A DNA stretch of 64,000 nt from Camelus dromedarius (lineage: Eukaryota), in contig NC_087437.1 in assembly GCF_036321535.1 (NCBI RefSeq), forward strand, positions 30,878,001-30,942,000, in the 5' to 3' direction. The stretch's first letter is position 1. Each line of letters begins with the position of its first letter. Below are positions 52,316 to 64,000 of the stretch, piece by piece. A program made the translations under genes and the position numbers. Under the pieces are notes generated by a model. That model had not been told where the DNA came from, searched no databases, and was given only the letters and a program-made list of their open reading frames with translations.

Positions 52316-54847
52316 TGTTGTGTTGTAGATGAGACACTCCAAGGGCTTGTTTGGTAATAGTGCAGTGGACATAGATAGTACTTGCTTTGAAGTCTCTGCA
52401 ACAACTATACAGGCTTCTTTGAGAATCTCTTTCTTCCTACTGCTTTTTGCCTTTGTAAAGAGGAGGAATGACCCCTAGGCTGCAGCCAAGTCTCCAGATC
52501 AGATTTAAGCCAGATTATGGAGCTGAAACGATTACTACACTTACTTAGAAATGCTTCTGGAGCTGTGCCATTTGGATATAATTCTCTAGACAGCTAGAGA
52601 TGACCAACCTGTAACCTGAGTTTCCTGAATGAAAATCTTTTGAGTAGCTCCATCTTAATTTTTTCATTTAGGGTGTTTGTTCACTGGTGAATCCTGTGGC
52701 TTCTTTTGACCTTGCTAGAAGCCCATTGATTAGCAAAATCAAGACTTTGTGGGGGGAGTTTGGCTATTTCTTGGGTATGCTAAGTTCAGTAGCTCCAAAG
52801 TCCTCTGAGTGAGTGTTCCAGGAAACCTGAACCTTGAATAATTCAAGTGGAGTATATGCCTTTGGAGAATACAAATGTCCAAGGTAAGTAATTTTCTGGT
52901 TTTGAATCTACTATGACCATTGTTGCAACCTTATACTAAATGAAAAAGTGAATGTAATGTCTTTTTGAACAGATTTTTTATAAAATATTTTGTTAATTGG
53001 AGTAACTAGTTGTGAAATCACTAATTGTTCATGGTATACTGAAATGTCTATTGTATGTTGTGGCAATATTGTTGGCATAAAATAGCTTTGCTAAATTAAT
53101 GTCAAATGACTTCAATGCTTTTTTTGTCTTCACTAAACTTCATAAAGGAGGAAATGATGACTTTTGTAATTTGTCATTAAATGTCAGTGTTCATTAGAGA
53201 AGCAAGAGCAAATAGGGTGGACACTATCAGGATGTGGGAAATAAGAAATTGCATATGCTATCAGGGGGTTCTGGGTAATAAAATTAACCTGTTTCTCTTA
53301 GATATATAGGAGGGTGTCAGTGTTTTGCCCAGAGTGTTAACAGTGGACACAGTGAATATAAAATACTGGGTAGATACTTAAATGACTAGCTAAAGATGTT
53401 TGTGTTTCCAAAATTAAAGTCATATGTATGTACACATATACTTATTTGATTTCTTGAATATTCATTAATATTTGATAAAAACTGTTCTCAATTTCTTAAA
53501 ACATAAATTGCTTATTAATTTAATTCAAAAATTGGGTCCTTTTCATTGTTTGGAACTATGTTATCAGAGTTGATCAAACCCATCAAAATAGATGTTTGTA
53601 TTAATGAGTTACTAATGAAGATTAGAGGAAATAGCAATGTTCAGAAACGGAATTCAGGAATTACTTCCAGGTAGCTACATTCCTCTGGTAGCTCAGTCCT
53701 TTCAGATCAATGACCTAGTCTGGCCTTCTGCTGTCTGGGAAGACAGTACTTGATTCAACTGTATTTGGTAAATTTTTACTGTTTTAACATTACTCAAAAC
53801 AAAAAATATTACTGAGTTTTATCTTTTATCCTCATAAATATGTCATTTTGCCTTTTTAAAAAATTCTGCTTTTATCAAAAGCTATATTTCACACCATAGC
53901 TAAGGTTTTTTTTTTTTTTTTTTGGTAGAGTGTTAGTGAATTATTTTAGTGAGTTATGAGTTATATTAAATTAGATACTAGGAAGAGCAGTTAGGAATCC
54001 CACTTAAACCTCACTGATATCCAAATATAGTGTTGAATTCTAATTAAATGCTTTTTAAATATTTTAGGATGCTGTTCCATATGTAGTTGTATATTACTAT
54101 TTTAGACAATATGTAACCTGCCAACACATACTTTCTAAAAAAATGAACACCATAGATAAAACTATTTTAAAATCTCCACTTAATGTGGCTACATTAAATA
54201 GTAGAGAACATGAGAGCCTTTTGTCAAGATGCCTTTCCCTAATTACATTAGGATACTGATATTTGCTTTAAATAAGAAAAGTCTCAATGGACTAAATTTT
54301 AGTATTTAGCAAAATGCAAGAAAATTCTATCTTCTGATTCTTTGGAAAGCAACTTCTGTTACAATGTGGGTGGTAAGGATGTAATGAATTGAACTCTAAT
54401 TTATAGTGCTGATTTTATTTTGTGGGGAAAGAAAAGTACCAAGAATTATATATAAAATGACCGTTGTGTTTTCAACAATCTTAAAGTTTTTCAAGCATAC
54501 ACAAACGTAGAGTAGAACATTTAGCATTTTTCCATATTTCTAATACTCAGATTCAAGAATTAGAATAATACTTTAATGACTGAAAAAAACCATACAGCAC
54601 ATAGTTGAGACTTCCCAAAAGCTGGTAATAAGTACCCAGAGATTTTTAAATAGGTGAGGTATCTTGGATTATTTTTTCCTTAAGTAATTCAATATTTATG
54701 CTGCGTTCCTGGCCTATTTTCTGTCAGATTTGTGCTTAAAGAGAAACAGTTAAGGCTTTACCATTGAATAGGAAACATTTTGAAAGATCATTTTTACTTC
54801 TTTCTTTCTTTTCTAGTTCAGCTCTTAAAAGTACCTCATGTGAATTT

Positions 54848-55334
54848 AGAGGTTCTCAAACTTTCTCCTTTCACAGTTCTACTGGTAATTTTTTTTCATA
54901 ATGACCCTAGGCCAAAATAAGTATCTAACAGTTAAATTTCTTAAAGTGATAGTAATGTTCAAACAACATAAAAAGTATTTAGGTCCTAACAACATAGTAG
55001 CTGTTTGAAAAAATATATTATATATACATTGAAAGAAAAAAAAATACTTCATAAGTAACTAGAGTTAATCTTTATTGGGGTGTATGTATTTCTTGGGTAT
55101 TGGACAGCTTACTAAACCTTGGAATAGGTTGAATACTGCGGTCTTCATTTTCCATTCCATGCTGACTTTTGAATAGTACTTTTTATCACAACAACCACTA
55201 AAAACCCGGCTTTGCAAAGATACGGCATCATCGAAAGGAATGTAGCATGGTCCCGTAACTACCGTACGCTAGTAGTTCTTGTGTCTGAGTTTGCAGTGGC
55301 TTGGAGTGCTTCAGTGAACAGGTTGAGAACCATG
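54848..55334. mobile_element. hAT-Charlie relic
   Basis: Inverted ends tagaggttctcaaac...ggttgagaaccatg. Confidence 0.55.
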
Positions 55335-55464
55335 GGGTCTCAGTGCTTTAATGTTTTTTTTTTTTTCCTTAATTTCGAAGGGTACATCTAAAATATACTT
55401 GTGTCTTTAATATTGAAAGAATTGTCTTTGGTTTTGACATTTAAGAATTGAAGTATTTTGCAAA

Positions 55465-55470
55465 AATAAA
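55465..55470 (+). terminator. Candidate distal polyadenylation signal
   Basis: AATAAA preceded by T-rich, 3'UTR-like sequence; motif evidence only. Confidence 0.3.
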
Positions 55471-58400
55471 GATACTTTAAAATCGTAATGCATCTTCCTA
55501 GGAGTGTAGAAACAGGCATGCCATATATTACATAAAGTATGCGTGTATAGAATGTGCCTGGATCCAAGTTGGATGTATACTGCTGTTCAGCTTGGAGCTT
55601 GCTTTGTCAGATAACTTGTTGCTACAGAGGCTTAAAACTGTCGTATGCTACAGAAGTGAATATTTTAATTTACTGGATTTAGACTGTGCTAATGTGCTAT
55701 CTACACATTTGTTACTACATTAATTTCTCTTTGTAAGAAAAGGCAGAGCGGGGAATCAGCGCAGCTCACATTAGTTTGGGAATAGATTGAACTTAAAACT
55801 TACTAAAGGAGCATAGTTCTCTTGTATATAGTTTCACCTTTGTGTGCTTTCTTAACCTTAAATCTCAGAAGAGAACCTTTGTAGAAAATGTAAAAATTTC
55901 CTGAGGCATGAGAATAAGAATCTACCATGAAATCTTAAGAGTATTGATGACATAGAGTAAGATTCCTAGTTTAGTTGTTAGGTATAATTTTGAGAATGTA
56001 TTTTAGAAATAATACTTGTTCCTAACTCTGCTGATTCAACATCAGCCTGAAATCTAATAAACTTGATTTATTTCTGACTCTAACTCCATGTAGCTATATT
56101 ACTTTGGGCAAGGCACCAATCTCTTGGGCAACAGTTAACTCAAATACCTGTTAACTCAAACCTGTTTGGGTTAAGTATGAAAAAATGAATACATTATGTG
56201 TGAAAATGTTTTATCTGTAAAATGCTAGTATAAGCATGATCTGTTATTTAAAACAGATGGCAGTGCAGATGAAACAAATGCTATGGATTAATAATTCCAT
56301 TGTGCTCAATTAGCTGGGACAATTCAGATACATTTACACTATGCCAGGTCTCCAGATTTTGAGGGTGGGGTGAGAGTTATAGCTTTCAGTTGTACAAGGG
56401 CTATATATTCATTTTTATGAAATTTATACCACCTGATATTAACCCTGCCATAAGGGAACAGGTCCGTCTTTTAATCTCCAATTTTGTACTTGAAAAGTAC
56501 TAAAATTGTATGTCCAGTTTCTCTTCTGATTCTAGTGGTGTGTGCAATAATGAAACATTTGTCCTCTCTATAAATCTTGTGGTTGGGGAGAGAAGTTTGG
56601 GACAATAATAGATGTGGTAAGTCAGCATATGAGTAGCTGTAGAATAAAATATTCAAGCAATAATTTCCGTAAGATGTTGAGAGGTGAGGGAGAACACCTG
56701 AAGCTCATATGATGTTCAAGTGCCTTACGTTACCCTTTGGATTGGAGCTGAGTCTCGGAGGTAGGCTATGGAGAGGTAGAAAGTGTTGAGTATTCTGGTG
56801 GGTGGAGGCCAGAAGGAGCCAAAAGTGAATAAACTTTGACCAGCCTGTGTTGTTTAAGAGGTAGAACTGGAGAGCTGGTGTAAAACTGTGGAGGGCTGTG
56901 ATTGAGCCAAGGGTTTGAATTGTGTTCATTTGGGAGTGTGTACTGGAGAAGCCAGAAGGAGTGGAGAACTGATGGCCCAGCTACTCTGTAAGAAAGTAGC
57001 ATCGACCCATTTCCTTTGCTGTAAATGTGGTCTGTGATAATCTCTAGTCAGTCTAGTCAATCACATGAACTATTTCCATGCTACTTACGTGGTTCAAGTG
57101 ACATGCTGTATCTTTGAGAAAAGTGCTTAGTGTGGCTTGTAAGGCCCTCCGCAGCCTAACTCTTGCCCACCAGCCAGGCCTGACTTTGCCTTCCGCAGCC
57201 AGGTGGGTCCACTTGTGGGTCCTTCATGCCCCTTTTTGTTCCACTTCTCACCTTTGCCCCACTGCTCCTCTGCCTGGAGTGGCAGCCCCAGGACCCTTAA
57301 TGTCTGCACTTAGCCACAATTTCCAATACTCATGGGGGTCTCGTCTGTGGAAACTTCACAGTCCCTCCTCACATCTGTAGGATGCAATATCCTTTCTCAA
57401 GTTCCTACTACTTGTTGAGGAATTCCATCACTATTTGTGTATATTTTATTTCTTATTTCTCTCTTGTTTACAGTCTGGCTGAAGAAAATAAATACAAACT
57501 TTTGAAGGCAGGTTAGTGATTTACTCATCTTTGAACTTTCAGAGCTTGGTTCATAAAACATAAAAATGATTAAAAAAAAAAAGACCTTCAAGAAGAAGAC
57601 AAAGCTTACTTAAAGGAATAAATGTCTAATAGTAGAATTCCAGATAACAGACACCTAAGTGAAGAAGCTAGGCTGTTAGGTAGCCTACCCTGCACCCTTG
57701 CTTCCACACCGATACCACCAAATGGGAAACCACTTATATTTTTTCCCTATATATGTAGCTTCACCCTTTTTTGTTGCTTTTTTAAAAAAACTCTAGGCAG
57801 TCTGTTTTTGGTGGCAAATTCTGTTTGAATTACAAATTAAAATATGAGTCCTTGGAGAATAGCATTCAGTTATTGAGTATTTGTTCAGTGAGATTGGGTG
57901 GTTAAGGGCTTCCCTGTCTGGGAAGCAGAAAACTACAGAATTCAAAGAAGTGGAATGGTGGGCCTGACTTCAGGTGGTCTGAACAATTTCCGTGGTGCTT
58001 ATGGTTAGACACGCCAGTTGGCAGGCCAGGTTTCCTTTAGAAAATGTTTTGCTCTTTAGTTCTCTGGACATTTTATAAGCACTCTTTTTTTCAGAAGATA
58101 AAAGAATTTTGGAAAAGAAGTTTAAGCAGTTAATGTTGAGAGTATTTCAGCTTCTGTGGCAGCAGGGGGATACTAAGTTCATTACTCACAAAAGTGGGTG
58201 CTGCTGGGTGGCCTGGCAAATGTGAGGCAACTATAGGCTGCATTTATGTTGTGGCTTAGTGGTAGAAGAGTAAAAGAGATTTTATTATCTATCGTAATAA
58301 TTTAAACATTTTGCATTTATTCAGTAAAGAGAAGGTGTACGTGACTTGACATTTATTATCCTTCAAGAAGCAAGCATGAGTTCATTCATGGCAGTAACTA

Positions 58401-61069
58401 CTGGTTGAGCACTTGTTCTGTACCTGCCTGGCACTGCACTAGATTCCAGAGAACAAGGCTTCACGCCTGGAGGAGATCTTGTCATGTTTGATTCCTCTGA
58501 TTCCCTCATCATACCCAACCCTCCACATTGTATCTAGTTTGTTTTTAAATGACTGCTCCTCCTTCCAAGATGTCTCTTCAGTCATCTTCTTTCCATTCGC
58601 AGCCTCCACCCTAGTCCAGGCCCTTGGTTGTCTCAGATCTACCTCACTGCAGTGCAGCCTACGGGTTTTCTTTGCTCCTGGTTTCTTCCCTTTCCAAATT
58701 GGTATCTCCATTTCAAAACACAGATGATGGACTCATAAAAAGTTTTGGTCCACAGCATTGTAAAATGATTATAAATCAATAAAAAATGTTAAAAAAATTT
58801 TTTAAAAAAAGTTTTGATCATCATATTCATCTGTTTAAAACACATCAGTAACCTCATGTGTCTGTGGAATAATGCCCAGACTGCTTTACCTGACACACAA
58901 TTATTTTTCCATCTTCATCTTCTGAGACTCTATCCTCCAGCCAATGGATCTCTTAAAACTTTAGGCATCTTTCTGCCCCTTTCATATATCCAGGCTGTGC
59001 TCTACTAGTTGCTGCCTGGTGTGCTACTCTAGACGGGGTTTTTGAGGAATTTTCTGCATGTGATCTTCTGGTCCATTTGCCTTTGGGACCCAGTCCTTAC
59101 AGCACTGGAGATTCATGACAGGAGCAGTCTTGGTTCCCTGGGAGGCTCAAATATGGTCATTTGGGGCACCAGGGTATAGGGTGCCAGGCAGCTAGAACCC
59201 AGTCACAACTCCTATGATGGATAGAAGCTTGGCATTAGAATCCAAAGGAACCAAACCCGGAGAGCAGTGGTACACAGATTATGCAATTTGTAGCTGAAGT
59301 TGAATGATCAAAATGATACTGCAAATGCTGAAAATTTGAGCAACAAAGGGAAAAAAAATCTTAGTTCAGTCTTGCAGTTTAGGCAGTGAAACTCTCGGCT
59401 AATAAAATCCACCTATCCTGGTCTGATAGTTCAGAAGTAACGCTAAGATTTATCTAAGTGTTCTCTTTGTACAAGAAGGGTTAAGCACTCCCCGTATCTC
59501 CTTCTCCCCGTCTCCTTCCTGCCACACCCAGATTGAGACACAGAACTCTTTACCAGCTTAGTTTCTGATTCAGCCTACAAAAGAGTTTCTATTTTAATTG
59601 GTTCCTTTTCCTTTCATCCTTTAACATCAGAAGTCAGACTGTCTCAATTTAAAACACATTTGCTACCAGATGCCTGAAAAAAAAGTGATGTGAAGTCAGT
59701 TTTTCTTTGTTTTAAACAATTGGATTTTTATCATTCTTTTGGAGCCTTTGGCTTCTAGGAAAAACAAAAATAGTGTGTATTGATTGGTGGGTACAAGCTG
59801 TTGGTGCTCATATAGTGTGACCTGGTCCAATTATAAGTTGTTTAAAATGCTTTTTGATATCTATCTATCCCTCAGCTATGCAAGCCTAATTATTTATGTC
59901 CTCTGCTCCCTGTCTTCTTACTGCCTGTCTTTAGCTATTGAACTGCCTGTTACCTTCTTGGTCACTGGGAAGGAAAGAAGAGGAAAAGCCATAGGAACAC
60001 TAAATTTTACTTCTTGATAACTTTAACCTATAAAGAACTTTAGTGGGGGAGGAAATACTGTTGACTTCAAGGTTATTCGAGGCTTATTGAGTTCATTCAG
60101 ATTTCTAAAAGAGAATTGGTAAGGAAAAAGAGTTGTATTTTATCCCAAAGGAAGTTCTCATGTCTAGCGATGGGAAGACTGCACAGCTGGTTAAAGGTGG
60201 AGCTGCACATAGAACTCCATTCTAGGGAACACTTCTCTCTGCATGAGATTCTCAGCCCTGTAGAACCTAGTGGTCAGGGAGAGACTCCCACCTCCCACCA
60301 CCTACCACCCCACTTGAGAACAGGTGTCTGTTCCCATTAGTCTATGTCTTGGGTCACTGACATATCATTTGGGGCCTCCCTGTCAAGTGTAGTTTAAAAC
60401 TAAGAAACTCATCCTGCTTGCTTCTTGAAAGAAGGACCAGAGTCCTTTTAGCGGAGAGAGAACCACTACCTCAAGATCTCTTTCAAGCTAACTTTTATCA
60501 GATTATAGAGACTGATTTTTCAATTTTTAGAGGTCTTTTTAGAAGGTAAAATTTTAACTTTTTATGTTTGGAAAAAGGATATTTAATGCCTTCAAAAGCT
60601 AATTTAATAATTCAGCATTTGAATGCTCACTCCATGCTTGAATCATCTCATGACACTCAAACAGAAGAGAATCATGGTATGATTCTCAGATACTTTGATT
60701 CTACTTTGTATTTTAATCTCTTTCTAGATAGAGCTAAGGAAGTGATGTTTCTTTTTTAACTCGTGAGGATTTTTTGATGAGGACCCCTGGAATCTCAGTG
60801 GTAGGCCTGGATGAGAGGGGTAAGCTTCCAACAAGGCTGGGGTCAGGCTGGCTACCTATGATGGTTTAGGCCTATCTCCAACCCCCACTGTCCACGAATC
60901 CCAGCGTCAGTGTGGGGGGGTGGCCCCAAACTGAAGCAGTACCTGAGCAGGAACAAGGCTCAACTCCCACAGGTTGGGCTGCAAGAGAGAGAGGCAAGGT
61001 GTTCAAGGATTAAACACCAACTTGAGTCAGACTGGAGTGCATTTTTTGAGCTACATTTATCACAGCTAA

Positions 61070-62480
61070 GGAGCTAACACTGGTGCATTACTGTTAACTA
61101 AACACATTTTATTCATATTTCACGAGTTTGTCCCTCATATCTTTTTTCTGTTCCAGGATCCTATCCAGAATACTACCTTACTTTTAGCTGTCATGTCGCT
61201 TCAGCCCACTCTTGTCTGTAACAGTGTTTAAGACATTTTGTTCTTGATTACCTGATGGCTTTGAGATGTACTGGTCAGGTATTTTGTTCAGTATGCCTCA
61301 GTTTGTTTTTTCTTTCTTCTTTTAGTAATGGCCTTACTGTGATAGAAATTACACTATAATATCCACCCATTTAAAGTGTACAATTCAGTGGTTTTAAGTA
61401 TATTCACAAAGTTGTGCAACAACTTCCACAATCAGTTTTAGTACATTTTCATTACTCCAAAAAGACACCCCATACTCAACAGTAGTCATTCCCAGTGCTC
61501 CCTCCCCCACCCCAACACCCCTGCCCTAGGCAAACACTAATCTACTTTCTGTCTCTATGGATTTGCCTATTCTGGACACTTCGTATAAATGGAATTATAC
61601 GATAAGTCTTTTTACAACTGACTTCTTTGATTTGGCATAGTATTTTCAAGGTTCATCTGTTCTTCATTCCTTTTTATGGCCAAATAGTATTTCCTTAATT
61701 TGGATTTTTCTGATGTTTTTTTCTTCTACTTAAAATGGAGTTATAGTTTTGTTTTTGGTTTTTGTTTGGTTTTTTTTGGAGGAAGGGCATATGGGTGAAG
61801 CACCCTCATGACATCCTAACAAGGGGTACGTGCTATCTGTGTGACTTATCACTGGTGATACTAATCTTGATTACCTGGTCAGGGTAGTGTTTGCCAGGCT
61901 TTTTCACTGTAAAGTTGCTTTTCCCCTTCTTTCCATACCCTACTTTTAGGAGGCAATTGGGGTGGGGGTGGGGAGTGGAAGGTGGGAGTATTTACATAAA
62001 TTATTTGGAGTTCTGTGTGGGAGATTTGGTTTGCTCCCATTCGGTCATTTATTTATACTAGTATATTTACCTCATGTCTTAGATATTTCATGGATATTGA
62101 TTTTATACTTTGGGGCCATGCTGTTTATTTTGTTATGCAGAGTGTTGCAGTTTTAGCCACTGGAAGCCCTTTTAGGTTGGCTCCTGGGTTGTGTCTTTTT
62201 GACATGTGTACCCACTCCTGCCCTTTTTAAAGCCTTTTTACCTGTCACTGTAAGATATTTCTGGCTCATCTTGTATATTCCTTGCCCCAGCCCTAGAATT
62301 ATCCATTTCTCCAAGGAGCCTGGGTTCTTTCATTAAATAATGATATTAGAAGGTCTGGGTGCTGGGTGTGCTTGTTGCTTCTGCGTGTTGTGCTGCTGTT
62401 TCTGGGTGCTCTCAGTGGACAAGCTAGGAAATGCATGTATGTGCCCATGCATATATATGTGTCTATAATTATTTCAGTGT
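61070..62480 (-). mobile_element. L1MC-type 3' end with nested L1MB-type 3' fragment (about 61320-61690)
   Basis: ttccaggatcctatccagaatac..; nested cccatttaaagtgtacaattcagtgg..ctaatctactttctgtctctatggatttgcctattctggac; ccatttctccaaggagcctgggttc. Confidence 0.75.
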
Positions 62481-64000
62481 CTGTGTCTAACACGAAACAT
62501 GACTTTGAAGTAAGATCAACTTTTAAAGAAATACACAGTGAGATGGGCAAACACCTCAAGAAAGGTTTAGTGTTTAAACACTATGGCTTCTTGGCACAGG
62601 ATGGAACTGTTTGTTGCATAAGTGGAATTGGCTAAAGAATTCTCCACCGGACATGACTTTTAACCACATTTAACCACAGATGGACTCTCCCTCTGCATCA
62701 GAAGACAACTGCCATCACACCATGGGGCTTCCATTCTCAGGGTCTTTAGTTGATGTCCATTCTCTTCTAGGTGCAAGTCCTCAGGGTCTGGTAACCTGAG
62801 GACAATAGCATATTGGTTAAATGAATTAAAGCACATTCATGATCATTGATATTACAGAAAATCATTGTTGTAAGAAAGTAGTTTTTGTATACAAAATGTG
62901 CTAAGTGAACCCATTTCTGCAAAAATGTTCATATGGAAAAATTGTAAGGATATTCACTAAAATGTTAATGCTGTGTTACCTCAGGATAAGGAGATTAGAG
63001 GGAACTCTAAATTTTCTCATTTTTGCTTGAATTTTCTACATTACCCAAAATTAACACATGCTTTTACAGTAAGAAAAAAAAATTCTCACCAAACAGAAGT
63101 AGATAATCCTCTGAGAAGAAGGCCTAATGGTACTTTAATTAGACTATAATTTTGTTTAACCGTTAGCTGAAAACCAGGAATAGGACTTTTTGATGAAATT
63201 AATGGGTTAAAAGAGATTTTTCAGAGCCTCGGGGTATATGGGAAAGGACATGTCTTGATAAAAGACTTTGGTACTTGGTAAGGGAGTATGAATTCTCTGA
63301 AAGCCCAAGAAAAGATGGGGGAAAAAAAAAAAACCAAAAAACAAAACAGAAAAGCAGTGGCCTAACAGGAAACTTCCAGCCTTGTGTTTTGGCCTGATAC
63401 ATTTGTTGGAAACTGAAACTATTGTGCCTGGGGACCCTGGGCACCTTGTGAAGTGGAATGAGCTCCCTGTTATTTAATGTGATTAAATCCATAGCTAGAA
63501 GCCACACAGCCAGGGGTCTGGATAAGTGGGGAGTACGCTCATGCCATTCTATAGAAGGTAAGCAGTGGCTCTTGAGAGGTGCACACAGGAGGAATGAGTG
63601 TAGGGGACTTACATGTAATGACATACTTGGACATGCATTGTTTTATTCTTGGTTAGGTTTTTTGAATTTTAGTATTGAATCACTGTCACTAATTAACATG
63701 AGGTTAACAGTTGCCCTAACCAGGAAAGTTTATTTAGGAAAACCCAAACTGGTTTACAGTTGATCCAAATCAACCAGAGCCCGCACAAACTCCTTTTCTA
63801 TTCCAAGTATCAAATCTTGTCACATAAAGGTTAAAGGAAAGGGAGGAAGCTTTCATAATTACTCAAAATTACATAAAAATTCCAATTACTCAAAATTATT
63901 TTAGGATTCCTTATTTTTTTTTTTCATTTAGGTTTTCATTTAGGTTTTGTATTTATGATGAGATTTTTAGGATTTTTTCTTTTTTCTTTTTTCTTGTAGA

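Noticed and set aside
63199..63763. Overlapping 141-aa (-) and 101-aa (+) ORFs
   Set aside because: No recognisable homology or splice context; one crosses a homopolymer run.
1..64000. CRISPR array, operon or other prokaryote-type system; GMPS promoter/CpG island
   Set aside because: Eukaryotic intron-exon locus with no repeat-spacer arrays. There is no CpG-rich region, and exon 1 and the promoter lie upstream of the window.

Overview
Mammalian genomic DNA, AT-rich and CpG-poor. It is probably camelid, judged from four tRNA-derived SINEs that resemble Vic-1. The window holds exons 2-16 of GMPS (GMP synthase, glutamine-hydrolysing) on the + strand, 10371-47661. All mapped splice sites are GT-AG with consistent phases. 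The 15 exons sum to 2055 nt, which with the expected 27 coding nt of exon 1 (upstream, outside the window) gives the standard 693-aa protein. The rest is intron, putative 3' UTR and downstream DNA filled with L1, L2, MIR, MaLR LTR and Tigger/hAT relics; subfamily names are from recall, not a RepeatMasker run. I found no convincing novel multi-gene system. The most interesting observations concern RNA processing: (1) a perfect 34-nt U2 snRNA 5' retrocopy with a 15-bp TSD, antisense and 54 nt upstream of exon 6; (2) a candidate poison exon in intron 12; (3) in-frame alternative donors after exon 13; (4) an AATAAA overlapping the stop codon; (5) a 3' UTR TGCATG cluster; (6) an exon-like unit 5 kb past the stop.
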